From the NCBI GenBank assembly GCA_910588015.1, contig CAJUOK010000003.1, forward strand, positions 48,193 through 112,192: a stretch of 64,000 nt of DNA, written 5' to 3'. Positions within the stretch are counted from its first letter, which is position 1, and every line of letters starts with the position of its first letter. The stretch is from an uncultured Christensenellaceae bacterium (GTDB lineage: Bacteria; Bacillota; Clostridia; Christensenellales; UBA3700). Of this stretch, positions 26,591 through 36,900 are shown piece after piece. The notes below the pieces were generated by a model. The model saw nothing but the letters and a program-made list of their open reading frames with translations. It made no database searches and was not told the origin of the DNA. The position numbers and the translations under genes are program-made.

Positions 26591-28114
26591 CTATTTCTTT
26601 CCCCAGACCTTCTCATAAACCACTTCGTCTATCTCATCCTCCTTGTTGTGATAGTAATAAGTTTTGACCTTGGCAACTTGCCCGTTTGTCAATAAAAACT
26701 CAAAGTTCTCTCTGCCATAAATTGTTATCTTCTTGACAACTGCCTTGAAGATTTCAGGATCGAACTCCGTCAACTCGGTTGGTCGCATAATAACCTTGTT
26801 ATATCTTCGTAGGTCGTTTTCGGCTTCGATATTCATAGCATTTGTACGCAGCAGTTCCTTTCGCCTATCTTCCGCTCTGACGATTTGATTCAACAGTCGG
26901 TTATACTCGCCCTCCACAGGCCCCTCCAACAGCCCCTTGGCTTGAAGTTGAAGGTATGTGCGTTCCTGTGCAAGAAGCCTATCCAACTCGGCGTTAAACG
27001 CCACCAGTTCGCCCGACAAAGGCATCTCTACCAACCGCCGTTTTGTCCCTCGTAAGTCATTGAAAATCCTTATAAAAATGTTCTGCAATGTCTGCAACCG
27101 AACGCTAGGACTTTCACATTTTCGGAAACGCTCTTCATCGTGTCCACCGCAGACAAATCGATATTGCTGTCCATTTGTGAAACGCCTTGTGTAAGCGTGT
27201 CCGCACTTACCACACCGAATTGGAACTCCTTCAAGTGGGTTGTCCCCTTTCGGCTGAAAGACATCTACTTTCGTTTGCTTTTGCCTTACTTCATTTGCTC
27301 TTTCCCAAAGCTCCCTACTCACAATAGGCTCATGGTGGTTTTCAACATAGTATTGAGTTATCTGCCCCGTATTCTTTACCGCTCGACCATTCAGCAAGAC
27401 TCGCTTTTCCATCAAGCAGTCCCCTTTATACTTCTCATTCTTGATATAGTAAAGTATCGTTGAAGGCTTGAATGTTTTCCCCGTTGAGGTTCGTATGCCT
27501 TCTCGGTTCAGCTTTTGGCAAATAAGCGTGGAATGTCCCGTATCCGCATACTCTTCAAATATTCGTTTAATAATAGGCGCTTGAACTGGGTCGGGTACAA
27601 GTTCACCATACTCTAACTTATAGCCGTAGGGTGTGTTAGGGTTTAGTATCATCATCCCCTTTTCATACCTACGCTGAAACCCCCATCGTACCGATTCGGA
27701 AACATCCTCCGCTTCTTCCTGTGCCACGTGTGCCATTGTTACGAGTATGATATTATTCCTATCCTTAAGGGTATCAATGTTTTCTTGCTCGAAATAAACG
27801 GATACTTTTAGTTCTGTCAGCCGAGCGATGGCTCTCACGATGTCAAGCGTGTTCCTTCCAAATCGTTTGATTGACTTGCAGAGTATTCGATCTACAAGTC
27901 CCAGTTCACAATCGGTCAGCATTTGCAAGAAAGCCTCACGCCGATTCAAGTACCTACCGCTTATTCCGTTATCGACGTATATTCCGCAGTTAACCATATG
28001 CGGAGTCGTATCCATTACCTCGTTGAAGTGCCGAATTTGCGATTCCAGACTGACCGTTTGGTCTTCTGTACTAACTCTAACATACGCTGCCGTTCGATAT
28101 CGTTGTTCGCTCAT
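26591..28114 (-). CDS. Large serine recombinase C (507 aa), paralog of A.
   Basis: AAYVRVSTEDQ, KSIKRFGRN, zinc-ribbon recombinase domain (CGKCGH...C), C-terminal coiled coil. Confidence 0.8.
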   Translation of the reverse strand: MSEQRYRTAAYVRVSTEDQTVSLESQIRHFNEVMDTTPHMVNCGIYVDNGISGRYLNRREAFLQMLTDCELGLVDRILCKSIKRFGRNTLDIVRAIARLTELKVSVYFEQENIDTLKDRNNIILVTMAHVAQEEAEDVSESVRWGFQRRYEKGMMILNPNTPYGYKLEYGELVPDPVQAPIIKRIFEEYADTGHSTLICQKLNREGIRTSTGKTFKPSTILYYIKNEKYKGDCLMEKRVLLNGRAVKNTGQITQYYVENHHEPIVSRELWERANEVRQKQTKVDVFQPKGDNPLEGVPIRCGKCGHAYTRRFTNGQQYRFVCGGHDEERFRKCESPSVRLQTLQNIFIRIFNDLRGTKRRLVEMPLSGELVAFNAELDRLLAQERTYLQLQAKGLLEGPVEGEYNRLLNQIVRAEDRRKELLRTNAMNIEAENDLRRYNKVIMRPTELTEFDPEIFKAVVKKITIYGRENFEFLLTNGQVAKVKTYYYHNKEDEIDEVVYEKVWGKK

Positions 28115-28141
28115 TTCTACCTCCTATTTTTGGTATGACAC

Positions 28142-28170
28142 ACATTACCAAAATCACGCCATATAGTCCA
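28142..28170 (-). promoter_or_regulatory. Promoter of recombinase C: CGCTGGACT-N17-TAATGT.
   Basis: Same architecture as five other promoters in the window. Confidence 0.45.
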
Positions 28171-28238
28171 GCGAATTGCCCCAAACAAGCGAAAAGAGCA
28201 GACAGCATTTTGCCATCTGCCCTTCGCTATCAAACGCC

Positions 28239-29852
28239 TCATTCGATTGAATCGGTTATTGTGATGCCGCAACCGAAATCATAGGTTAATTCCTTTCCGT
28301 CAACTGTAACTCGGTTTACAATTTTGCGGAACATATCCCCATCAAACTCCGTCAGTTTTCCTTTCTCTGCAACCATATCCCATAACGCCTGGAATCGGTC
28401 ATTCGTATGTTCAAGGTCAACTACTTGCAGCGAACGCTTTTTCTGCTCTTGCTTTAGTGCTTCTATTTCGGTGATGAGCTGTTCTCTTTCACGCTCCCCG
28501 CCAATAAGGTCTTCGGCTGTTTGAGCAGTTTTAACCGCCTTGACAAGCTGTCTTTCCTTGGAAGCTATCTTCTTTGCAAGTTCATCGTTCGCTTGGTCAG
28601 CAAGCCGTTCGGTCAGCGTTTCTTGAATGCTCTCGGTTATTTTCTTGACCATTCCTTCCTTATCTTCGATGAGCATATTGACCACTCGAACGAAGGAATC
28701 GTACAGCTCCGATTCTTTGACCGCTAACTGTGTGCATACCGAGTTCCCATTCAGTTTGTGGTTTGAGCAAGTCCAAGTTTTTATATACTTATCACCGCAT
28801 TGATACCCGTGCCTACGGAAAATGCAACCGCATTGATAGCAGTACACCTTGCTCGATAAAGGATACTTTGAAGAATAACCGCCCCTACCCGATTTAGTGC
28901 AAGACCGTAAGCTACGGCGGTATTCCATTTCACGCTTTACCCTTTCGAACATCTCATCGCTGATTATTGGCTCGTGGTCATCTTCGACATAGTATTGCTG
29001 CGAGTCGGCAGATGCTGCCCGCTTCTTTTGAACCCAAGGTCTTACGATTGTTTTCTGCAGGAGGGCATCGCCTATGTACTTTTCATTCTGCAACATCCCT
29101 TCTATAGTGCTTTCGTCCCATCTATCCAATCCAGAAGGAGACTTGATGTTCCGCCGCTTCAATTCCTCACTTATCAGTCTGAAACTCAACCCCGAGAGGT
29201 ATAGCTCGAATATGAGTCGTACCACTTCCGCTTGCTCTTTGTTGATAACATACTCGTGGTTGAGGACATCATATCCATAGGTCTTTGCTTTTCTTACAAA
29301 CCCTTGCTCGTTTCTGCGTTGGATACCCCAATTCACGCTATCGCTCAAGCTGTCTGATTCTTCCTGGGCGATTGATGCGTACATTGTCAGCATAAAGTTG
29401 GTTCGCTTATCATCTTGCAGACTGTTGAGCTTTTCCTTTTCAAACACCACGGGGATACGTTTCTCTCGCAACTGCTCTATGATGGTCAAACTGTCCAGCA
29501 CATTTCGAGCGAAACGGCTGACCGACTTGACGAGTATCATATCTATCTTTCCGTCCAGCGCATCTTTTATCATCTCACGAAACTTCGCCCTCTTTTTCAT
29601 ACTTCGTCCCGAGATGCCTTCATCAGCATAAACGCCAACCATCTCCCAGTTGGGGTTGCTTAAAATGAGCCTTGTGTAATACTCCATTTGGGACTTGAAA
29701 CTCGTCTGTTGTTCTTCTCTGCCCGTGGATACCCTGGCATAGGCTGCAACTTTCTTTTTTTGCATTATTATGGGCGAATCATCATCCACAAACAATCGTC
29801 TTGAGTTTGTTGCAGGGATTACCCTTATTTTTCTTTCATCTTTCATCAGCAC
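28239..29852 (-). CDS. Large serine recombinase B (about 510-537 aa), TnpX/TndX-like subfamily, related to D.
   Basis: AAYARVSTGREEQ, KSVSRFARN; start overlaps the end of A. Confidence 0.8.
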   Translation of the reverse strand: MLMKDERKIRVIPATNSRRLFVDDDSPIIMQKKKVAAYARVSTGREEQQTSFKSQMEYYTRLILSNPNWEMVGVYADEGISGRSMKKRAKFREMIKDALDGKIDMILVKSVSRFARNVLDSLTIIEQLREKRIPVVFEKEKLNSLQDDKRTNFMLTMYASIAQEESDSLSDSVNWGIQRRNEQGFVRKAKTYGYDVLNHEYVINKEQAEVVRLIFELYLSGLSFRLISEELKRRNIKSPSGLDRWDESTIEGMLQNEKYIGDALLQKTIVRPWVQKKRAASADSQQYYVEDDHEPIISDEMFERVKREMEYRRSLRSCTKSGRGGYSSKYPLSSKVYCYQCGCIFRRHGYQCGDKYIKTWTCSNHKLNGNSVCTQLAVKESELYDSFVRVVNMLIEDKEGMVKKITESIQETLTERLADQANDELAKKIASKERQLVKAVKTAQTAEDLIGGEREREQLITEIEALKQEQKKRSLQVVDLEHTNDRFQALWDMVAEKGKLTEFDGDMFRKIVNRVTVDGKELTYDFGCGITITDSIE

Positions 29853-31384
29853 ACCTCCGTAACTGCTTTTATGTCAATAGATTGTATTTCATCTTCGCTT
29901 GTTGCCCAGTAGATGATACTCACATATGCTACCTCGCCCGAAGCCAGGTGGAATGCAAGGTGTTCTCTGTCCACTACAACGATTCGGCGTACTATCTGCT
30001 CGAACACTTTTTCATCGAACTCGGTCAGTTTGCCAGTCCGCATTACCGCAGAATTGTAAACCTTCAAATCGTTTTGAGCCTTCACGTTTTGTCCGTTGGT
30101 CTCCAACATAGCCTTCTTCTGTTCTTCTGCCTTGACGATGCGGTTGAGCAGTTTTCTGTACTCTTCCTCAATCTCACCGTGAAGCAATCCCCTAGCTTGG
30201 AGCTGAAGGTATGTCTTTTCTTGGTTGAGCATTCGTGTAATCTCGTTATCGAGTTCTCGAACCTCATCTGTTACTTGCATCTCCATCAAGGTCTTTCGCT
30301 TGCCTTCTATCATATTAAAGATTGCAACGAACACCCGCTCGAGTGTTTCCAACTTGACACTCTCGCTTCTGCAAGCATTCATTCCTCGGCTGCTTTTAAG
30401 GTAGCAACCATACCTTGTTTTCTTATCAGACCGCTTTATTCGTTGAAAGTTATGTCCGCACTTTCCGCACACGATTTTTCCCTTAAACGGGTCGAACTCT
30501 CTGTTCTCGGCTCGAACATACTCCGATGTCTTATGCCTTTCTATCATCCGTTGGCAAGTATCCCATAGCTCTCGGCTAACAATCGGTTCGTGGTCGTTCT
30601 CGACATAGTATTGTTGAGCTTCGCCCATATTCTTTATTTTCTTGCCATCAGCCACCACATACTTTTGGAGCATCGCATCTCCCTTGTACTTTTCATTTTT
30701 GATTATATAAAGGATTGTGCTTGCCAAGAACTGCCGTCCGTGCGCTGTGGTATATCCATCCTTATTTAATCGTCTCGCTATCTCCGCCGTGCCGATTCCC
30801 TTTGCGTAACTCTCATAAATGCGCTTGACGATTTTCGCTTCATCTGGCACGACAACTAATTGCCCATCTTCGTTGAACTTGTACCCGAGAGGTGTATTGG
30901 GGTTGACTATCAACTGCCCTTGCTCGAACCGCTTCTTGAAAGTCCATTTGATTGCTTCGGATTTTTCCTCATATTCCTCTTGCGCTATCTGCGCCATGGT
31001 AACAAGCAGAATATTGTTGCGGTCATTGATGGTATGCAAATTCTCTTGTTCGAAATACACTGGGATGTTCAGCTCTGTCAGCCTTGTAACCGCCCTTATT
31101 GTATCCAAAGTGCATCGTCCAAACCTCTTTATCGATTTGCATAAAATGAAATCAATCTTATGCAACTCCGCATCTTGCATCATCCGCTTGAAGTCCTTTC
31201 TTGCCCCAATGAATCGTCCGCTTATTCCGTTGTCGATGTAGCAACCGCAGTTTACCATTAGCGGGTCTGCATCCATCACTTCATTAAAGTATCGAACTTG
31301 CGATTCCAGGGATACTTCTTGCCCATAGTTTTTGCTGACTCGGCAATAAGCAACCGTTCGTTTTTTTGATTCGTCCATTGGCAT
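29846..31384 (-). CDS. Large serine recombinase A (about 512 aa from ATG 31384; the track GTG start is at 31411).
   Basis: AYCRVSKNYGQE, KSIKRFGRC, CGKCGH zinc ribbon; AGGAGG RBS 5 nt before the ATG at 31382-31384. Confidence 0.8.
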   Translation of the reverse strand: MPMDESKKRTVAYCRVSKNYGQEVSLESQVRYFNEVMDADPLMVNCGCYIDNGISGRFIGARKDFKRMMQDAELHKIDFILCKSIKRFGRCTLDTIRAVTRLTELNIPVYFEQENLHTINDRNNILLVTMAQIAQEEYEEKSEAIKWTFKKRFEQGQLIVNPNTPLGYKFNEDGQLVVVPDEAKIVKRIYESYAKGIGTAEIARRLNKDGYTTAHGRQFLASTILYIIKNEKYKGDAMLQKYVVADGKKIKNMGEAQQYYVENDHEPIVSRELWDTCQRMIERHKTSEYVRAENREFDPFKGKIVCGKCGHNFQRIKRSDKKTRYGCYLKSSRGMNACRSESVKLETLERVFVAIFNMIEGKRKTLMEMQVTDEVRELDNEITRMLNQEKTYLQLQARGLLHGEIEEEYRKLLNRIVKAEEQKKAMLETNGQNVKAQNDLKVYNSAVMRTGKLTEFDEKVFEQIVRRIVVVDREHLAFHLASGEVAYVSIIYWATSEDEIQSIDIKAVTEVC

Positions 31385-31409
31385 ATATCCTCCTTTTTTA
31401 GTATGACAC

Positions 31410-31438
31410 ACATTACCATAGAACCAAAACTATATCCA
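31410..31438 (-). promoter_or_regulatory. Promoter of recombinase A: CGCTGGATAT-N17-TAATGT.
   Basis: Read directly; shares the CTGGA -35 region with the moron-array promoters. Confidence 0.45.
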
Positions 31439-31499
31439 GCGATGTGGCCCCAATATTTAGACTTTTTACGGATTAACCGAGAGATTTCTGCGTGTCCTT

Positions 31500-31538
31500 A
31501 AAGAGTAAAAAAGAGATGTGCGGAAATTACTCCGCACA
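31500..31538 (-). terminator. Rho-independent terminator (minus: GTGCGGA-GTAATT-TCCGCAC followed by ATCTCTTTTTTACTC).
   Basis: Read directly; the stop codon of the upstream small ORF lies in the loop. Confidence 0.45.
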
Positions 31539-31688
31539 CCCACTTTCTATCTCGTATTTCTTTTTTAATTTTGCTTCAATCGAGTCAAATTCCTCGGTGG
31601 TAATTATCCCCTTTCTCATAAGATTAAGGACGATTCCCACCGCACAATTGAACTCGATTGTTTTGACTGCTACCTGTTCACTGTCCAT
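31527..31688 (-). CDS. Small ORF (53 aa) with a strong RBS (GGAAGGAGG), between the PAPS-reductase-like gene and recombinase A.
   Basis: MDSEQVAVKTIEFNCAVGIVLNLMRKGIITTEEFDSIEAKLKKKYEIESGCAE. Below the track cut-off; has its own terminator. Confidence 0.35.
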   Translation of the reverse strand: MDSEQVAVKTIEFNCAVGIVLNLMRKGIITTEEFDSIEAKLKKKYEIESGCAE

Positions 31689-31709
31689 AAACGTCCTCCT
31701 TCCAACCTT

Positions 31710-32543
31710 TCAGTGCGTTGTTTTATCGCTTATTTGCTTCCATCTGAAAGCGGTATTCTTGGGCAGTAAACCACGCTCCTCCATCGAGAAGCGATTGTCG
31801 AAATCGTGAAGGGTATGCCCATCCCCCTTAAACGATACGGGACTATCCGTGTCCCACTTTAAAAGTAATGCCCAATACTCTGGGTAGTTTTTCCTCAACA
31901 ACCGAAGTTGCTCGATTGATTGATTATGGCAGAACCAACATCCGCCCCTGGCAGCACTCGTATAGATGGGACTCAATAAGTCATTCTCTTCGCACCAGGT
32001 TCTGCACATCGCTTCTGTCCAGCCATACTCAACGAGCGGACTGCGCTTCGTTTCCGATAAATTATGATATCTGCGCGGTTCGTCTGCCGCAATGCCGATA
32101 TAGGTAACCGCATCCTTTTGAACCCTTTCCAGAACTCCAACTTTCAACCTTGAATTGCACCAGTTGCCTTTCTGTAAAGGAAACCCGTATATCTTCCCAC
32201 GATTACGGCTTCTCTTGCCGTTGCACACATAATAAAAATAATCTTCATAGCTATGCGGTGCGCTTATGTGTTCAACTGATATGCCGTACTTGTCAAGGAT
32301 TATGGCATCCGCCTTTTTCTTGAATTCCATCATCGGCGGAAGGTCTGCCGGGATGTCTTTGGTTGCCATAATCTCGACGTGTACGATTCTGTCAAGCGGT
32401 AGGCTATTGCGGTGAATAACTTCAAGCATTGCCAAGCTGTCTTTGCCGTAGCTTATGCTTGCTATGTATTCCATACTCGCTCTCCGTCCACTTACTGATT
32501 TTTCAAAAGGTTGATGGTGCTTTCGATTTGGTTCGTCAGCCAC
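31710..32543 (-). CDS. PAPS reductase-like / DndC-like PP-loop ATP-pyrophosphatase family protein.
   Basis: SYGKDS PP-loop and CWFC-type cysteine pairs; overall PAPS_reduct family pattern. Confidence 0.7.
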   Translation of the reverse strand: MADEPNRKHHQPFEKSVSGRRASMEYIASISYGKDSLAMLEVIHRNSLPLDRIVHVEIMATKDIPADLPPMMEFKKKADAIILDKYGISVEHISAPHSYEDYFYYVCNGKRSRNRGKIYGFPLQKGNWCNSRLKVGVLERVQKDAVTYIGIAADEPRRYHNLSETKRSPLVEYGWTEAMCRTWCEENDLLSPIYTSAARGGCWFCHNQSIEQLRLLRKNYPEYWALLLKWDTDSPVSFKGDGHTLHDFDNRFSMEERGLLPKNTAFRWKQISDKTTH

Positions 32544-32872
32544 CCATCAAGGTTGCCGTAGGTCGAGGAGATGTATTCTTTAACATCATCCCCGAGTTGT
32601 GAAAGTGCTATATCCTTCGCCTTTGACAGAGCCGTTTTCTGCGCTTCAGCATTGAAAGAGCCGCTTGCTTTCAAGCTCTCCACATACGTTTGAAATACGC
32701 TTCTAACTGCATTAAGTACGATAGTCGTTGCCGTAGTCAGCAAGGCTGCTGCCTTTTCATTCTTGACCTTTGTGCCGATGTACTGTATGAGCTTCGTTCC
32801 TGCCCAAGTAATAAGCGGTAGCAACACTGTGGTCACTACCACCGAAATCACGTTTATTAAGATGTCGTTCAT
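32492..32872 (-). CDS. Holin (two N-terminal TM helices).
   Basis: MNDILINVISVVVTTVLLPLITWAGTKLIQYIG...ALLTTATTIVLNAV; directly follows the tail-associated genes. Confidence 0.5.
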   Translation of the reverse strand: MNDILINVISVVVTTVLLPLITWAGTKLIQYIGTKVKNEKAAALLTTATTIVLNAVRSVFQTYVESLKASGSFNAEAQKTALSKAKDIALSQLGDDVKEYISSTYGNLDGWLTNQIESTINLLKNQ

Positions 32873-32882
32873 TTTGTACCTC

Positions 32883-33182
32883 CTAGTTGTCCGAAATCTG
32901 CTCGATTAAAAATTCATCAAGCTCTTTGTTTACCGAAGTGTAATCAGCGAGAGCGTGTTTGAGTTCGCCGTTCGTCTTCCCATCACGGATTGCGATGGCG
33001 TTGGCTTCCGTAAGCTCTCCTATCGCCTTGATACTTTTTAAGATGAGAATGTTCTCCTGCCTGTGCGCTTCGTTCCGCTTGTTTTCTTTATCCTCGTGGC
33101 GTTTTATGTACCTTTGCACCAAGAACACCACTACGCCGCTTATAACGCTTGCACATACGCTTATAACGATTGATACAACCAT
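32883..33182 (-). CDS. Small membrane protein (N-terminal TM plus coiled coil), possible lysis accessory.
   Basis: MVVSIVISVCASVISGVVVFLVQRY... Confidence 0.35.
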   Translation of the reverse strand: MVVSIVISVCASVISGVVVFLVQRYIKRHEDKENKRNEAHRQENILILKSIKAIGELTEANAIAIRDGKTNGELKHALADYTSVNKELDEFLIEQISDN

Positions 33183-33184
33183 AA

Positions 33185-33649
33185 TCAGTCCTCCTCAAAT
33201 TCTATGATTTCCGAAAGCAACAGCATATCGGTTGCCGTAGGAAAATCCGCCGCCGTTCTGAAATCGCTTTCACGGATAGTTACGACAGGAATTTCGTCCA
33301 CTTCCGTTTCGTTTAGCTTGGCAATCTCCGCATCGAAGGCGGCTTTTGATTTTGCGTCCTTGAGCTTTAATCTCCCGCCATCTACGAACACAAGCTGTCC
33401 GTTCTCGGTTTTTTCGGCATAAGCGTCAACCGCTTTCTGCTCCTGGGTGGAATAGAACTCATATTCCTCGTCCACCCGTTTTTTCAGTTTGACAAGCTCA
33501 CGCAGTATTTTGTAACTGGTGAAGTGCGTGTCCGTGAGTTTCGCAAGAGCATCTCGCGCTTGCATTACGTTGATAAGTTTCATTTTTTTATCCTCCATTT
33601 TAATTAAGCCAGATTGGTGTATTCGGCACGACTTTGGTTTCAGTAACAT
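33185..33649 (-). CDS. Hypothetical phage protein.
   Basis: ORF in track. Confidence 0.35.
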   Translation of the reverse strand: MLLKPKSCRIHQSGLIKMEDKKMKLINVMQARDALAKLTDTHFTSYKILRELVKLKKRVDEEYEFYSTQEQKAVDAYAEKTENGQLVFVDGGRLKLKDAKSKAAFDAEIAKLNETEVDEIPVVTIRESDFRTAADFPTATDMLLLSEIIEFEED

Positions 33650-33974
33650 TGAGCCAGGCTTCGTACCATTCGTCCAGCTCTGCCTTTTGCGCTTCAGTCA
33701 AGCGGTCATACCACAATGCGCCACGGTTGATAACCGAGAAGCACTCATCTTCTCGCCTATGCCGTAGCGCATTCAGTTCCGACCTTGCTTTGAATTCGTC
33801 TGCTTTTGCTTTGTACTCATCGGTCTTGGTGTAGTCCACAAAGAACAATGCCCCGTTATATCCGTTGACAATTTGATACTTTGTGCTTTCCATCGACTTG
33901 CACTTGTCGTTAAACTTCTCGAAACCATCCTCGATGATTTCTTGGTTCTCGTTTTGTAAATAGTAAATTTTCAT
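33600..33974 (-). CDS. Hypothetical phage protein (124 aa).
   Basis: ORF in track. Confidence 0.35.
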   Translation of the reverse strand: MKIYYLQNENQEIIEDGFEKFNDKCKSMESTKYQIVNGYNGALFFVDYTKTDEYKAKADEFKARSELNALRHRREDECFSVINRGALWYDRLTEAQKAELDEWYEAWLNVTETKVVPNTPIWLN

Positions 33975-33976
33975 AA

Positions 33977-36900
33977 TTAACTCCCGTAAATAAGGCAGAA
34001 AAACCCATTAGATAGTGTGCTGGTGTCGCAGATGACATAAACCGTTGTTCCTGAAATATATACACCATAACGAGACACTCCATTTATGAGATTTTTGTCA
34101 CCGCTCAAACTACCACTCGAGCCAGGCGTACTTTTCTCTCGCGGAATAACTATTGCACCCGAGACGCTCGTCAAACCATGAGTTGAACTTGTTATCGAAA
34201 CACGAGAGTCATTAGCAACACTACTGTAATAAGTCCAGAAGTAGAACTTATGCCCAACAAGGTCATAGGTTTTTCCATTGTAAGCATTTCTTAAGCGCCA
34301 TGTCCCTCCATAGTAACTGTCATACACAAGCTCGGCAAGCGTGTGGCTGGCAAAGCGCAAATATGCGCCCCACTCATACTGCGCTGCATACGGAGATTTC
34401 ATATAGCTTCGGCTGATGCCCAAGATGAACGGAGCTACACTTCCTACCGTTGAGCCTTGGTCTACATAATACGACTGAATGGAATATGTCGTTATGCAGC
34501 CTTCTGCTATCGTAGTATTGCCGTTACTTGAATAACTCGTCCTCTTTTGATAGCTCGGTTGGATTTTTATTCCGCAATAAACGCTCGAAGTGTAAGATGA
34601 GATGGTTATTGCGCTATGCGATAAAGACCATCCTCTTGAACCAAGCGATTCCTGATACCTACTGTAGCAGTTGTTCGCACCAAGGTATGTTGTATAGTTC
34701 CCGCTCGTAATTTGGATTGATGAACCACCGCTTGCGTTGGTAAGACTGCTTGAGTTAATCGTGAACCCACCTATCGTTCCGCTCGTAGCAGTTATCGTTC
34801 CCGAAATCTCTGCGTTCGTTGCATAGAGTTTGCCCGCCGCAGTTACATAGAAAGTTCCTGCACCCAAGCCAATACCATCCGTGCCAAGATAGACTCCTGT
34901 ATTTGCATCGCTGTATGTTGTTTTGGTTTTGTAGATTTTATTGGTCGAAATAGTGAATCCACCTATCGTACCACTCGGCGCAGACAGCTTTCCGCTGAAA
35001 ACCGCCGTTGATGCTTTATCGATTCGCAGCCCCGGCAGATTTATGTAGTAATTGCTGTCGTTATAGTTGGCGGAAATATAGTAGCTACTGTTGCCACCAA
35101 AATACAGATATCCGTCAATCGTGAGGTTTCCTATCGAACCGCTTGTAGCATCTATCGCACCCACCACCGACAGACCAGAGCTTGTTATCGACATCACAGT
35201 GCTTGCGTTCGAATACACATAAAAGCCTGTTGACTTCAACACCCAACCGAAAGACGAGGAACTGCTCCCGTAGGTTTCATCAACCTTCTTCGCCACTTCC
35301 GCCGAAATCTGCGTAGTCGTTTGCTTTAGCGTTGAAAGTTCCGATGTTACAGACACGAGCTTTCCCTCAGCAGTAGTAACTCTTGTCGTAACCGCCGAAA
35401 CACTGCTCGTCAGTCCATCAACGTTACTCTCGAGCGTTGCTTGCTTCGTTGTTAGCGTTTTAACGCTAGCCGTAAGATTACCCACGTTGCCAGCTAAAAC
35501 GCCTACATCCGATGCCAAACCATCCACTGCAGTCTGCGCATTATCTGCCGTGGTTTGAGCTTTATCGGCAGAGGTTTGAGCTTGATTTGCGGAGGTCTGT
35601 GCTTTGTTAGCAGAAGTTTGAGCTTGGTTTGCAGTAGATTGCGCTTGATTCGCTGCCGTTTCTACCTTTTCCACTGTTTCGGTTGTGGCGTAGGCTTTCA
35701 ACACCACTTCGCCAGTATCCAAGTTCCAGAACGATGAATTATCTACAGATGATATCGTCCCAGCCTTGATAATGTTCGCAACCAAAGTCCCCGAGGAAAT
35801 AAAGTCCGCTACTATCCTCCCGTCTGCCGTGATAGCAGTTTCGTAGGGGCCATTGTAACCCTTGCTTGAAAAGCCGAGTCCGTTGACGTTCCAACGCCAA
35901 ACATTCACCGCATCCTCTATCTTCGGTGCATCCAAGATAAGCAATTCATAAGGCTGCCCCGTTTCAGTGTACGTATGCAAAACTACATATCCGCCCGTCT
36001 GTCCTGTCAAAAGGTCAGTTGCTTTGCGGATAGCAGAATTAATCAGCATCGGCACTCTGTTAGCAGAAGCGTTTGCTTTGTCAATGACTTTTTCAAGTTC
36101 CTCGGTACTCTGCTTTATCGTGTTCATAAGGTTTGCCTTTGCCGAACCCAACGAAACAGAAGTGTACTTCTCCGCTAACGTGTTATATACTGTTTTGATG
36201 ACCTTTGCTTTAGCGGTAACGCCCAATACCGAGTGCTTAATGGTTACAGTGTCGCATAGCGATAGCCGTTCCATAACCGCAGCATACTCGGGCTGTTGCC
36301 ACAAAGGTTCAAATGAAATTGTTATGTTTGGAACGGGTGCATCGAGCGAATGGCTTTCAATGTACGAAAGCGTTTTATTTCGAAGCATCTCTTCCGTGAT
36401 TAAAGTCCCATCTTCGAACGAGTCCGTCAAATCAAGGATTAAAGTTTTCTTGTGTAGTAGCTGACTGTTCTCAATGGGGACAGTTGTCTCGGGAAGCGTT
36501 ATCAGCGTTTCCTCATCTTCTTCGTTTTTCATAAAAGCGAACGGCAGCACTTCGGTATAAACCTCACTGTCCTCGCTCTCATGGCTAAACTTCGTCAGGT
36601 TCTTACCGTACTCGATAACGACATCGGTGTGTTCCCCGCGACCTTGATGATGCTTGATTTCAAAGTTGTCCCACTCGTATTCCCCGCCCCACAACGAAAG
36701 CACTGAACCTTCTTCGCCACCCAAACAAGCTCTTATGCTCTTGGGTTTCTTAACGGAAAAGTCCTTTGCTGCAGAATAGTCAGTTTGGAATGTAAAGTTG
36801 TGTGGTGTTGTTGCATTAGCGAGGACATATTCCATCGCCATTTGCGGTGTGATCGCTTTCCGCTCAAATGGCATAATTCCCACACCCGAAAGGTCGTAGG

